Source: Nannocystaceae bacterium ST9 (GTDB lineage Bacteria > Myxococcota_A > Polyangia > Nannocystales > Nannocystaceae). Taken from it: a stretch of 64,000 nt of DNA. A program made the position numbers and the translations under genes. Every line of letters begins with the position of its first letter. The stretch's first letter is position 1. The stretch lies in the NCBI GenBank assembly GCA_048320885.1, contig JBLWFJ010000001.1:1669642-1733641 (forward strand). The letters are read 5' to 3'. Shown one piece after another: positions 8,116 to 17,455 of this stretch. Below the pieces are notes generated by a model. The model had not been told where the DNA came from. It searched no databases and saw only the letters and a program-made list of their open reading frames with translations.

Positions 8116-10428
8116 TCACTCTTCGCGATCGCGATCGGGTCCCCCACCCCAACGACCCGACTCGGTGGCGATCCGTTCGGCCACCCCGACCGCGGTTCGG
8201 TACTGCGGAGGCCCCCAGGTTTCTCGCTGCCAACCCTGCTCTGCGGCGGCGTGCGAGGTCAGGTAGGGATCATAGAGATGCGGGCGAGCGAGCGCGCACA
8301 GATCCGCGCGACCCGAGACGATGATCGTGTTGACGTGATCCCAGCCTTGGATGTTGCCGACCGCCATCGTCGCGATGTCGAGCGGATGCAGCTCGTTGCG
8401 GATGCGATCCGAGAAGGGCGTCTGAAACATCCGCCCGTAGATCGGCCGCGCGTCGGGGTGAGTCTGTCCGGCCGAGACGTCGATCAGATCGCAGCCCTGC
8501 GCGTGGAACATCCGGGCGACCTCGACCGCGTGCTCGGGCTGCAGCCCCTCGGGCAACCAGTCGGTCGCCGAGATCCGCACCGACATCGGCTTGCGGCTCG
8601 GCCAGACCTCGCGCACCGCCGCCCAGACCTCGAGCGGAAATCGCATGCGCTTGGTCAGCGAGCCGCCGTAGTCGTCCGAGCGCTGGTTGCTGAGCGGCGA
8701 GATGAAGCTCGAGAGCAGGTAGCCGTGGGCGCAGTGCAGCTCGAGCATGTCGAAGCCGGCCGCGTCGGCGTGCCGAGCCGCCTCGACGAACTGCCGACGG
8801 ATCGCGGCGAGGTCGGCGAGCGAGAGCTCGCGAGGCACCTGCGAGCTCGCGTCCCAGGCGATCGGCGAGGGAGCGACCAGGGGCCAGGCCTGATCGGCCG
8901 GCAGCGGCTTGCCGCCCTTCCACGGCAGATCGGTGGCGCCCTTGCGGCCGGCGTGGGCGAGCTGGATGCCGATCTTGGCCTGGCTGTTGGCGTGGACGAA
9001 GTCGACGATCCGCCGCCACGCGTCGGCGTGGGTCGAGCTCCACATGCCCGTGCAGCCGGGCGTGATCCGAGCCTCGGGCGAGACATCGGTCATCTCGCAC
9101 ATGACCAGGCCCGCGCCGCCGACCGCCCGACTGCCGACGTGGACCATGTGCCAGTCGTTGGGCACGCCGTCGATCGCCGAGTACTGGCACATCGGGCTGA
9201 CGACCACGCGGTTGGCCAGCTCGAGCTCGCGCAGGCGGAAGGGCTGGAACATCGGCGGCGGAACCGGTCGATCGGGCGCGACCGGCCGACCGACGTGCGC
9301 GGCGAACCAGCGATCGAGCTGCTCGACGTAGCCGGGGTCGCGCAGGCGGAGGTTCTCGTGGGTGACCCGCTTGCTGCGAGTCATCATGCTGACCGTGAAC
9401 TGCTCGGGATCGAAGTGCTTGTAGCGGCTGATGTCCTCGAACCACTCTTGGCTGACCTTGGCCGCGCGCTGGAGCTTGGCGACGTCGAGCCGGCGGCGCT
9501 GCTCGTAGACCGCGATGCTCTCGCGAGCCGGTCGCGCGCGGTCTTCGGTCAGCGCGGCGACCAGGGCGATCGCGTCTTCCATGGCCAGCTTGGTGCCCGA
9601 GCCGATCGAGAAGTGGGCGGTGTGCGAGGCGTCGCCGAGCAGCACGATGTTGTCGTGCTGCCAGCTCGCGCAGCGCAGCTCGGGGAACGAGATCCACTTC
9701 GAGCGGTTGCCGAGCAGCTTGGCCCCGGCCAGCTCGGGCGCGAACAGCTGCTCGCAGTAGGCGATGCTCGCGGCCTCGTCGGCCTGATCGAGCCCGGCGT
9801 TGCGCCACGACTGCTCGTCGCACTCGACGATGAAGGTGCTGGTGTCGGCGTCGAACTGGTAGGCGTGAACCTGAAAGAGCCCGTGCTGGTTCTCGCGGAT
9901 GATGAAGGTGAAGGTCGACCAGAGCTTGTTGCTGCCCAGCCAGATGTACTTGGCCTTGCCGGCGACGATCTCGGGCCGAAAGCTGGCCTCGTGGCGGGCG
10001 CGGATCTGCGAGTTGACCCCGTCGGCCGCGATGATCACGTCGCAGTCGGCGAAGCGATCGAGGCTGGTCAGGTCGACGTCGTACTCGAGGCGCACGCCGA
10101 GCTCGCGGGCGCGGGCGCCGAGCAGATCGAGCAGCGCGACCCGGCGCAGGCCGACGAAGTCGTGCCCGCCCGAGGTGATGGTCTTGCCCTTGAAGTGGAC
10201 GTCGATCGCCTCCCAGCGAGCGAAGCGATCGGCGATCGCCCGGTAGCTCTCGGCGTCGGCGTCGGCGAAGTGGGCGATGGTCGCCTCCGAGAACACCACG
10301 CCGAACCCCCAGGTCACGCCCTCGGGGTTGCGCTCGACCACGGTGATGTCGGCGTCGGGCCGAGCCTTCTTGAGGAGAATCGCGCTGTAGAGCCCCGCTG
10401 GGCCGCCGCCGACGATGCCGACTCGCAT
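8116..10428 (-). CDS. Bifunctional FAD-dependent monooxygenase / Old-Yellow-Enzyme-type NADH:flavin oxidoreductase (salicylyl-CoA 5-hydroxylase/oxidoreductase-like fusion, 770 aa).
   Basis: The N-terminus [14 protein letters not shown] is a GxGxxG FAD fold, with DG/GD motifs of UbiH-type hydroxylases. The C-terminal half carries the OYE TIM-barrel signature [26 protein letters not shown]. Confidence 0.85.
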   Translation of the reverse strand: MRVGIVGGGPAGLYSAILLKKARPDADITVVERNPEGVTWGFGVVFSEATIAHFADADAESYRAIADRFARWEAIDVHFKGKTITSGGHDFVGLRRVALLDLLGARARELGVRLEYDVDLTSLDRFADCDVIIAADGVNSQIRARHEASFRPEIVAGKAKYIWLGSNKLWSTFTFIIRENQHGLFQVHAYQFDADTSTFIVECDEQSWRNAGLDQADEAASIAYCEQLFAPELAGAKLLGNRSKWISFPELRCASWQHDNIVLLGDASHTAHFSIGSGTKLAMEDAIALVAALTEDRARPARESIAVYEQRRRLDVAKLQRAAKVSQEWFEDISRYKHFDPEQFTVSMMTRSKRVTHENLRLRDPGYVEQLDRWFAAHVGRPVAPDRPVPPPMFQPFRLRELELANRVVVSPMCQYSAIDGVPNDWHMVHVGSRAVGGAGLVMCEMTDVSPEARITPGCTGMWSSTHADAWRRIVDFVHANSQAKIGIQLAHAGRKGATDLPWKGGKPLPADQAWPLVAPSPIAWDASSQVPRELSLADLAAIRRQFVEAARHADAAGFDMLELHCAHGYLLSSFISPLSNQRSDDYGGSLTKRMRFPLEVWAAVREVWPSRKPMSVRISATDWLPEGLQPEHAVEVARMFHAQGCDLIDVSAGQTHPDARPIYGRMFQTPFSDRIRNELHPLDIATMAVGNIQGWDHVNTIIVSGRADLCALARPHLYDPYLTSHAAAEQGWQRETWGPPQYRTAVGVAERIATESGRWGGGPDRDREE

Positions 10429-10505
10429 GCGCGGCAGTCTGCCACGAGCCTCGCGGGCTCTGCCCCCGCAAACCCGGCGTCAGGCGAGTCCGCGTGCGAG
10501 CACGA

Positions 10506-11534
10506 TCACGGACAGACCGCGCCGCAGTCGTTGACGGCCTCGCCCGCACACAGGCCGTCCCACGAGTTGTTGCAGCACCAGGGATCGAGCGCGCACACGC
10601 AGGCCTGGACCGAGGGGACCTCGCAGCCGATCCCGCCCCACGCGACGCAACAGTTCCCGCTCGACGAGAAGCTGCAGTTGGCCGTGTCGTAGGACCCGCA
10701 GTTGCCCGCGCAGGTCAGGTTGCCCTGATCGAAGCCTTGGCTCACACAGGTCTGGCCGCCGAGGTTGTTGCCGTCGCACACCTCGCCCGGCTCGATCACG
10801 TTGTTGCCACACGAGTAGTTGACGCAGTTGACCGCGTTGTAGCCGAGGCAGCCGGCCGCGCAGGCGAGCGTGCCGGCGTCGTATCCCTGGCTCACGCAAG
10901 TCTGGCCATTGAGATTGTTGGCGTCGCACACCTCGCTGCCTTCGATGACCCCGTTGCCACACACGTAGTCACTGCAGCCGGTGCTGTCGAAGCCCGAGCA
11001 CAGCCCGTTGCAAGCCAGGGTGCCGAGATCGAAGCCCTGCGTCACGCAGGTCTGGCCGTCGAGGTCGGCCCCGTCGCAGACCTCGGCCCCGTCGATCTGA
11101 CCGTTGCCGCAGGTGTCGCTCGTGCAGGCCGCGGTGTCGAAGGTGCGGCAGTCGACCGCGCAGCCGAGCGTGCCGCCGTCGAAGCCCTGCGTCATGCAGG
11201 TCTCGCCGGCGAGGTCGTCGGGCTCGCAGACCTCGTCGCCGGTGATCATCCCGTCGCCGCACACGTCGACGCCGCCCGTCTCGGTCGTCGGGTCGTCGGT
11301 CGTCGAGGTCGAGGTCGACTCGTCCGCGCTCGGGTCGTCGGTCGTCGAGGTCGGTTCGTCCGTCGTCGACTCGCTGCCCGACTCGCTGCCGATCTCGTCT
11401 TCGCTCTCGTCGCTGATCGTCGTGAACGTGGTCGTGAAGGTCGTCGTCCCCTCGTCGGTCGCCCCCGAAGCACAGCCGGCCATCACCACGAACGAGATCG
11501 ATGCCAAGGACGATGCGAGTTTGCGATGGAGCAT
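10506..11534 (-). CDS. Cysteine-rich repeat lipoprotein (342 aa).
   Basis: It has an MAGC lipobox and an acidic T/S/D/E-rich linker. About five tandem units of roughly 45 aa follow the pattern CGNGxIExGEVCDxxNLxGQTC(V/M)xQG(F/Y)DxGTLxC, with a Cys-rich C-terminus. Confidence 0.75.
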   Translation of the reverse strand: MLHRKLASSLASISFVVMAGCASGATDEGTTTFTTTFTTISDESEDEIGSESGSESTTDEPTSTTDDPSADESTSTSTTDDPTTETGGVDVCGDGMITGDEVCEPDDLAGETCMTQGFDGGTLGCAVDCRTFDTAACTSDTCGNGQIDGAEVCDGADLDGQTCVTQGFDLGTLACNGLCSGFDSTGCSDYVCGNGVIEGSEVCDANNLNGQTCVSQGYDAGTLACAAGCLGYNAVNCVNYSCGNNVIEPGEVCDGNNLGGQTCVSQGFDQGNLTCAGNCGSYDTANCSFSSSGNCCVAWGGIGCEVPSVQACVCALDPWCCNNSWDGLCAGEAVNDCGAVCP

Positions 11535-11774
11535 GGGATCCTCTGCGGCCGACGCGACGCTCGTCCATCCTAGAGTCGGGCGTCACGCCACCGCAACCGA
11601 AAGGGCGGCCCGCGGGCTGCTACCCGAGCGCCGAGTTTCGATGCGTGGAGGTTGCCCCTCGCTCCTCGCGGTTCTCGCGGTTTTCCCCACGAGCCCTTGG
11701 GGCGCTGCTAAATCGAGTTTTGTGCGACGAGCGCGGCCCGTCGAGATTACGCGCGCATTCCGCAATTCACTGTC

Positions 11775-12845
11775 ATGACCATGCATCGAAATCTTTCTCC
11801 TCAACTCCTCATGTTGGTGTGCGCCGGTGTTCTGGCGACGGCGTGCACCGACGACACCATCAACGGCGACGAAGTCGGCGACAGCGAGACCGACACCGGC
11901 TCGACGGACGAATCGAGCTCGAGCTCGACCACCACCTCGACCACCGACGAGTCGACCACCGACGAATCGACCACCGCCGACGAGTCGACCACCGACGAAT
12001 CGACCACCGAAGAGTCGACCACCGCCGACGAGTCGACCACCGCCGACGAGTCGACCACCGAGCCCACGACCACCGACGAGTCGACCACGAGCGCGGGTGT
12101 GTGCGGCGACGGGATGCTCGACCCCGACGAAGAGTGCGACGACGGCAACGACGTCGACACCGACGAGTGTCCGACGACCTGCGTGCCGGCGGTGTGCGGT
12201 GACGGCTTCGTGCTCGAGGGCAGCGAGGAGTGCGACGACGGCAACGACGTCGACGACGACGAGTGCGCCAACGACTGCACCGTGCCCGCCAACGACTTCT
12301 TGATCGAGCTGGCCAATCCGGCCGTGGCCGGGGCGATCGTCGACGACGGCTACAACGGCAACCTGAACTCGATGACCTGCGCGTCGCTCGACGTGGTCGA
12401 CGAGGGCACGGTCGTCGAGGTCACCGCGGTGTTCGGCATCACTCACACCTTCGTGGGCGATCTGACCGCCAAGTTGATCAGCCCGAACGACACCGTCGTG
12501 ACCATGTTCAGCCGGCCCGGGCTGGTCGACATGGGCGACAACGGCACGGGCTGCTGTGGCGAGAGCGCGAACATCTCGGGCATGTCGCCGCTGAGCTTCG
12601 CCGACGCGTTCGTGGACAACCCCGAGAACATGGGCGGGCCGCTGACCACCGATCAGGTCGTCTGCCTCGCCGATCTGATCTGCGACTACCAGACCAACCC
12701 GGGCTCGGCCGCGCCCGGGACCATGGCCGACTTCGCCGGCGAGAGCGTGACCGGCAGCTGGACCTTCTGCGTGGCCGACGGTGGCGGCGGAGACACGGGC
12801 CAGCTCGCGGGCATCGGGATCAGCATCTTGGCCAGCCCGCCCTGA
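11775..12845 (+). CDS. Lipoprotein with two Myxococcus cysteine-rich repeats and a C-terminal proprotein-convertase-like P-domain (356 aa).
   Basis: It has a LATAC lipobox and DESTT-type acidic repeats. Two units match the TIGR02232-like repeat ([23 protein letters not shown] and [24 protein letters not shown]). A P-domain-like motif reads [22 protein letters not shown]. Confidence 0.8.
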   Translation: MTMHRNLSPQLLMLVCAGVLATACTDDTINGDEVGDSETDTGSTDESSSSSTTTSTTDESTTDESTTADESTTDESTTEESTTADESTTADESTTEPTTTDESTTSAGVCGDGMLDPDEECDDGNDVDTDECPTTCVPAVCGDGFVLEGSEECDDGNDVDDDECANDCTVPANDFLIELANPAVAGAIVDDGYNGNLNSMTCASLDVVDEGTVVEVTAVFGITHTFVGDLTAKLISPNDTVVTMFSRPGLVDMGDNGTGCCGESANISGMSPLSFADAFVDNPENMGGPLTTDQVVCLADLICDYQTNPGSAAPGTMADFAGESVTGSWTFCVADGGGGDTGQLAGIGISILASPP

Positions 12846-12861
12846 GCTATCCTCCCGCGCG

Positions 12862-13608
12862 ATGCTGCTGCGTGCCCGGCACTTCCCGGACTCGGTGGTC
12901 CACGGCTTCACGACCCGCGAAGGTGGGGTCAGCGTGGGCCGCTATGCCAGCATGAACCTCGGCAACCGTTGGGGCGACGAGCCCGAGGCGGTCGCCGAGA
13001 ACTTGCGTAGGCTCGCCCGCGCGGCCGAGTTCCGGCCCGAGCAACTGGTCCGGGTCACGCAGGTCCACGGCGACACGATCCTCGCGGCCCACGAGGTCGA
13101 CGCGAACAGCCAGGCCGACGCGATCTGGCGGCACCACGAGCACCCGGGCGAGCACGTGGTCGGGGTCATGACCGCCGACTGCGTGCCGCTCCTGCTGGTC
13201 GATCGTCAGGCCCGGGTCTGCGCGGCCGTGCACAGCGGCTGGCGAGGCACGGTCGCCGGGATCGCGGCCAAGACCGTCGCGCTGCTGGTCGAGCGAGCCG
13301 GGATCGCGCCAGGCGATCTCTTGGCGGCGATCGGTCCTTGCATCGAGCTCGACGCGTTCGAGGTCGGGCCCGAGGTCGCCGAAGAATTCGATCCGGCGTT
13401 CGTGCTGCGTCGGCCCGATCGCAAGCCGCACGTCGACCTGGTCGCGGCCGTCCGTGCTCAGCTCGAGCAGGCCGGCGTACCTGGCCAGCAAATCGAACGG
13501 GTTGGCGGGTGTACCCACGCCAACCCGGATTCGTACTTTTCGTATCGCCGCGAGGGGGCCGGTCAGGGCCAACACCTCGCGTTCATCGGGCTGCCGGCGA
13601 GCGGCTAG
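12862..13608 (+). CDS. pgeF: PgeF/YfiH family (DUF152) purine nucleoside phosphorylase / peptidoglycan-editing factor-like protein.
   Basis: The internal ATG of track ORF 12781..13608 gives MLLRARHFPDSVVHGFTTREGGVS...YASMNLG...QVHGD...HSGWRG...CTHANPDSYFSYRREG, which are typical YfiH motifs. Confidence 0.85.
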   Translation: MLLRARHFPDSVVHGFTTREGGVSVGRYASMNLGNRWGDEPEAVAENLRRLARAAEFRPEQLVRVTQVHGDTILAAHEVDANSQADAIWRHHEHPGEHVVGVMTADCVPLLLVDRQARVCAAVHSGWRGTVAGIAAKTVALLVERAGIAPGDLLAAIGPCIELDAFEVGPEVAEEFDPAFVLRRPDRKPHVDLVAAVRAQLEQAGVPGQQIERVGGCTHANPDSYFSYRREGAGQGQHLAFIGLPASG

Positions 13609-13614
13609 CCCGGG

Positions 13615-13842
13615 CTACTCGGCGGCCTTGTCGGCGGCGTCCTTGCTGGCGGCCGCTTCCTTGTCGACGACCATGCCGCCCGACTCGGTGAAGGTGCCTT
13701 GGACCGAGCCGATGATCAGCGCCACGAAGAACAGGATGAACCCGGCCATCATGATGATGGCGCCGATCGCCGCGGGGCTGAAGAAGTTGGGCTTCGACGC
13801 CTGGACTTCCCACTTGTTGTCTTGGATCTCTGCGGCCGACAT
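13615..13842 (-). CDS. Small membrane protein (about 75 aa).
   Basis: It has one hydrophobic helix (AAIGAIIMMAGFILFFVALIIGSV) and a K/A/E-rich tail. The start is uncertain. Confidence 0.4.
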   Translation of the reverse strand: MSAAEIQDNKWEVQASKPNFFSPAAIGAIIMMAGFILFFVALIIGSVQGTFTESGGMVVDKEAAASKDAADKAAE

Positions 13843-13959
13843 GTGTCCTCCTGAGCTCGAACGGGTAAGGGAAACTAGCATGTCGCACTCCGCTAGATCA
13901 ACCGTGCGGAGTGCTCCTCGTTCGCGCGCGCTACGCGGCCGTTCGGGCGAGCGCCGAGG

Positions 13960-14922
13960 TCAGTAGGTCACGGTCAGCCGGTAGCGACCGCGGGCCGCTC
14001 CGAGCTGATCGACGACCAGCAGCGCGTTGGTCGTCTCGCCGAAGCTGGCGCTGGCCGTGGCCCCGCAAGACAGCTCGGTGGTGGTCCCACAGTCGGTGCG
14101 GATCGAGGCGATCGGCTGGAACTCCTCGCCGCCCTCGAGCACCTCGACGACCGCGTTGAGCGTGCCGCCGCCGGTCAGGATCAGCTCGAACACGTCGTCG
14201 TCGCCGGGCGCGATGCAGCCACTGTCGAGCCGGCCCTGCTTCTCTTCGAGGTTGGCCTCCCACACGAAGTTGCCGCCCGCCGAGAGCTCGATCGCCTGCT
14301 CTTCGAACGCGCCCTCGCAGTCGGCCCCGAACGCGTCCTCGCCGAAGCGGACCTGGAACGCGTAGTCGCCCGCGTCGCCGAGCTCGGTGTCGACGATCAC
14401 GAAGTACTGATCCGCGTCGCCGCCCTGATCGTAGAAGCCGCGACCGGGCACCGAATTGGTGATGTCGGCACAGACCTCGCTGTCGACGACCGTCGCCTCG
14501 GCACAGGGATCGCCTCGGACCACCCGCAAGACCGGGTTGAAGTTGGTCTCTTGCGGCAGGAAGTCGATGAAAATGTCCTCGCTGGTCGAGGGCACCCGGT
14601 AGACGTCCTCGCCACCGCTGCCGCCACACCAGCCCTCGGTGCCCGAGCAGCCGCCGAGGTTGCCTCGCACGATCAGCGTCTCGCCGACCGGCATGTCGAT
14701 CGGGTTCTCGCAGCTGCCGAGCCGCGGCGTCCCGACCGGACCATCGTCGGTCGCGTCGTCGGTCGCGTCGTCGGTGCCCGCCGTCTCGCTGCCGCCGTCC
14801 GCCACCAGCCCTTCGTCCTTGCAGATCGGCTGGAAGTCGGGATCGGTCCGCAAGCCACAACCCGCGAGCATGGCGATGATCGAGGCGAGCCCCACGAGTC
14901 GAGTCATGCCGCGATCTTGCAC
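13960..14922 (-). CDS. Secreted lipoprotein, hypothetical (about 315 aa).
   Basis: It has a LAGC lipobox and a D/T-rich linker. Two Cys-containing beta-rich halves follow, with no recognised motif. Confidence 0.6.
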   Translation of the reverse strand: MQDRGMTRLVGLASIIAMLAGCGLRTDPDFQPICKDEGLVADGGSETAGTDDATDDATDDGPVGTPRLGSCENPIDMPVGETLIVRGNLGGCSGTEGWCGGSGGEDVYRVPSTSEDIFIDFLPQETNFNPVLRVVRGDPCAEATVVDSEVCADITNSVPGRGFYDQGGDADQYFVIVDTELGDAGDYAFQVRFGEDAFGADCEGAFEEQAIELSAGGNFVWEANLEEKQGRLDSGCIAPGDDDVFELILTGGGTLNAVVEVLEGGEEFQPIASIRTDCGTTTELSCGATASASFGETTNALLVVDQLGAARGRYRLTVTY

Positions 14923-15029
14923 GCGCGCTCGCGGCCCGTCAAAGACTCTTGCGCGGCGCGAGATGGGCGAGAGGGCGGTGATCCGAGTGCATGACCGCGG
15001 CGCTGGGAGCCTTCATTTTCTGGGGTGGA

Positions 15030-15426
15030 CTGAGATAGGGAGGCCGTCCGCCGGCCTCCCCCTCGAGCTTCGCTCGAGGAACCCCCTCCACGCGGCTCTG
15101 CCTAGGTGGGATGTTGCGTGGTTCCCCTGCTCGGGCCGTCTCGCCCTCGCGGGGAATGGACAGCGGGTTCGCTTCGCTCCCCTTGCACCCTTCGTTGGGG
15201 GTCTCGGAGCGCGGTGAAGTTGCGCTCGCCGCCGAAGCAAGTCCACTCCCGCCTCCCGCCGAAGCAAGCGCGAGGCCGGCGAAGCCAGGCCGTTGTCCAT
15301 TCCCCGCGAGGGCGAGACGGCCCGAGCAGGGGAACCACGCAACGCCTCACCTAGGCAGAGCCGCGTGGAGGGGGTTCCTCGAGCGAAGCTCGAGGGGGAG
15401 GCCGGCGGACGGCCTCCCTATCTCAG
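15030..15426. repeat. Large near-perfect palindrome: about 133-bp inverted arms flanking an about 130-bp spacer.
   Basis: The left arm 15030..15162 (ctgagatagggaggccgtccgccggcctccccctcgag...) is the reverse complement of 15294..15426, with a single 4-nt mismatch block. The spacer holds the direct repeat cgccgaagcaag twice. Both strands give mirror ORFs (15102..15350 - and 15106..15354 +), which are artefacts of the palindrome. Confidence 0.85.
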
Positions 15427-16496
15427 CCCCTCAGCCAGCGCATGGTTCGGACCAGCGCTTCGGGCAGGGGCGTGCGAGGGTGCTGACCCAGGATCTCGCG
15501 GGCTCGGCCGACGTCGGCGCGACTGTGGCGGATGTCGCCTGCTCGGAAGTCGGCGTAGATCGGCTCGATCCCTGCACAAGGGGCGCCGAGTTCGGCCATG
15601 CCGTCGCGCAGCATTGCGAACAGCTCGGCGAGGGTCGTGCGGCCGCCGAGGCCGACGTTGTAGGCGCCGTCGCTGGGATCGCCGGGCAGCTCGCGCCGCT
15701 CGGCGGGGACTCGCTCGTGCAGGGTCGCGGCCAACAAGTTGGCTTGCACGACCTCTTCGACCGGGACGAAGTCGCGGGTGGTCTGGCCGTCGCCGAAGAT
15801 CTGCGGGCGCTCGCCGGCGGCGAGCGCTGCGACCCACTTGGGGATCACGGCCGCGTAGGCGCCCTCGGGATCCTGGCGGGCGCCGACGATGTTGAAGTAG
15901 CGCAGGCACGCGGTCGCGAGCCCGAAGCTGCGCGTCCAGGCTTGCGCTTGGATCTCGCCGATCCGCTTGTGCGCGGCGTAGGGCGAGAGCGGTCGACCGA
16001 TCAGAGCCTCGACCTGCAGGCCCTCGGGGCCCTCGCCGGGACGATCGCCGTAGACCGCCGACGACGACGCCAACACCACGCTGCGAACCCCCGAGCGACG
16101 CGCGGCCTCGAGCACGTTGAAGGTGCCGCCGACGTTGACGGCCTGGGCCAGCTCGGGTTCGGCGATCGTGCGTGGGACCGAGGCGATCGCGGCCTCGTGC
16201 AGCACGTGATCGACCCCCTCGCAGCTGGCCAGGCAGGCCGCGAGCTCGCGGACGTCTCGCTCGTGAAAGCCGAAGCGAGCTCGAGCCTCGCTCGCGCCTC
16301 GAGCTTCGGCGGCGACCAGCAGGGCCTCGAGGTTGTCGGGCGTGCCGGTGTCGAAGTCGTCGATCCCGACCACGCGCTGACCGAGCACGAGCAGGTGCTC
16401 GGCCAGGTGCGAGCCGATGAAGCCGGCGACGCCGGTGATCAGCCAGGTCCGCGGGCGAGCGCGCAGCTCGAGCTCGAGGGCTTCGATCGCGCTCAC
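15423..16496 (-). CDS. NAD-dependent epimerase/dehydratase (UDP-sugar 4-epimerase, WbpP/CapD-like, about 357 aa).
   Basis: This is the C-terminal part of track ORF 15423..18467. It contains WLITGVAGFIGSHL (a GxxGxxG Rossmann motif), YAAHK (YxxxK) and FNIVGARQDPEGAYAAVIPKW. A GTG start overlaps the upstream stop (GTGA). Confidence 0.85.
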   Translation of the reverse strand: MSAIEALELELRARPRTWLITGVAGFIGSHLAEHLLVLGQRVVGIDDFDTGTPDNLEALLVAAEARGASEARARFGFHERDVRELAACLASCEGVDHVLHEAAIASVPRTIAEPELAQAVNVGGTFNVLEAARRSGVRSVVLASSSAVYGDRPGEGPEGLQVEALIGRPLSPYAAHKRIGEIQAQAWTRSFGLATACLRYFNIVGARQDPEGAYAAVIPKWVAALAAGERPQIFGDGQTTRDFVPVEEVVQANLLAATLHERVPAERRELPGDPSDGAYNVGLGGRTTLAELFAMLRDGMAELGAPCAGIEPIYADFRAGDIRHSRADVGRAREILGQHPRTPLPEALVRTMRWLRG

Positions 16497-17338
16497 GCGA
16501 TCCGCTCGCCGCGAACGAGGTCGTAGACGTGGCCGGGCAGCGCGACGCGAAAGCCGAGCGCCTCGACTCGTTCGCGGTGAGCTTCGATGTCGTCTTCGTG
16601 GTGCATCAAGACCATCTTGCGGCGGACCGACTCGGGCAGCCTCGCGAGTCGCGAGAACGCGCCGTGCACTTGGCCCGGGTACTCGGTGAAGGTGCAGTCG
16701 TGAAAGTAGATGCTGGTCCGCGGCTCGATCGCGGTCAGGAATCCGGCGTCGACCGTACAGTCGCCGCTCCACCAGGCGATCCGACCCTCGCCGACGCCGA
16801 ACTCGAGCGAGCACGAGGGCTTGCCCGGGACGTGCTCGCTCTCGCGGGCGACCAGCTCGAGCGCGCCGCTGGTGAAGCGCTCGCTGTGCCGCCAGGGGTT
16901 GGCCTGCGCCGGCTCCCACTCGCTCGGCTCGACCCGTTCGAAGTAGTTGGCCAGCGTGCCCGAGCGTGGGTTGCCGCTGTCGTCCTTGAGGTAGCGCAGC
17001 GACGCGGCCATCGTCTCCCAGACCTCGTCGAGCACCGCACCGTGAGCGACGAGCTTGGGTCGCGGACCCCCGAACATCACGCCCAGGATCTCGCGCCGCG
17101 ACTCGTAGTAGCGCATGAACGCGAAGTCCTCGAGCCCGTACACGTGATCGCCGTGGACGTGGGTGATGATCTGGCCTTCGATCCGATGCCAGTCGAGCCC
17201 TGCCGCCCAGAGTTGATCGGGCGCCTGTCGGCCGCAGTCGATCAGCCACAGCTCGCCCGAGCGGAGCGTGACCATCGAGCACGTCGTTCCATAGTGACGA
17301 GAGAACGCGCCTCCCGCACCGAGGAAGCGCAAGGTCAT
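16493..17338 (-). CDS. MBL-fold metallo-hydrolase.
   Basis: The internal start gives MTLRFLGAGGAFS. The HxHxDH motif reads ITHVHGDHVYGL. It is coupled to the epimerase gene by a GTGA overlap. Confidence 0.8.
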   Translation of the reverse strand: MTLRFLGAGGAFSRHYGTTCSMVTLRSGELWLIDCGRQAPDQLWAAGLDWHRIEGQIITHVHGDHVYGLEDFAFMRYYESRREILGVMFGGPRPKLVAHGAVLDEVWETMAASLRYLKDDSGNPRSGTLANYFERVEPSEWEPAQANPWRHSERFTSGALELVARESEHVPGKPSCSLEFGVGEGRIAWWSGDCTVDAGFLTAIEPRTSIYFHDCTFTEYPGQVHGAFSRLARLPESVRRKMVLMHHEDDIEAHRERVEALGFRVALPGHVYDLVRGERIA

Positions 17339-17455
17339 GGTCTCGCCGGCGCTCACCGCCCCCACATTGTACAGCGTTGCCGGCGGATCCAAAGTTCTCG
17401 TCCACGACGCCGGAGGATGTTCGAGATCGTCGAGGATCCTGGAGATCCGCGAGGG

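Noticed and set aside
15102-15354. Two 82-aa ORFs on opposite strands encoding nearly the same peptide.
   Set aside because: They are a trivial consequence of the 397-bp palindrome and not evidence of coding.
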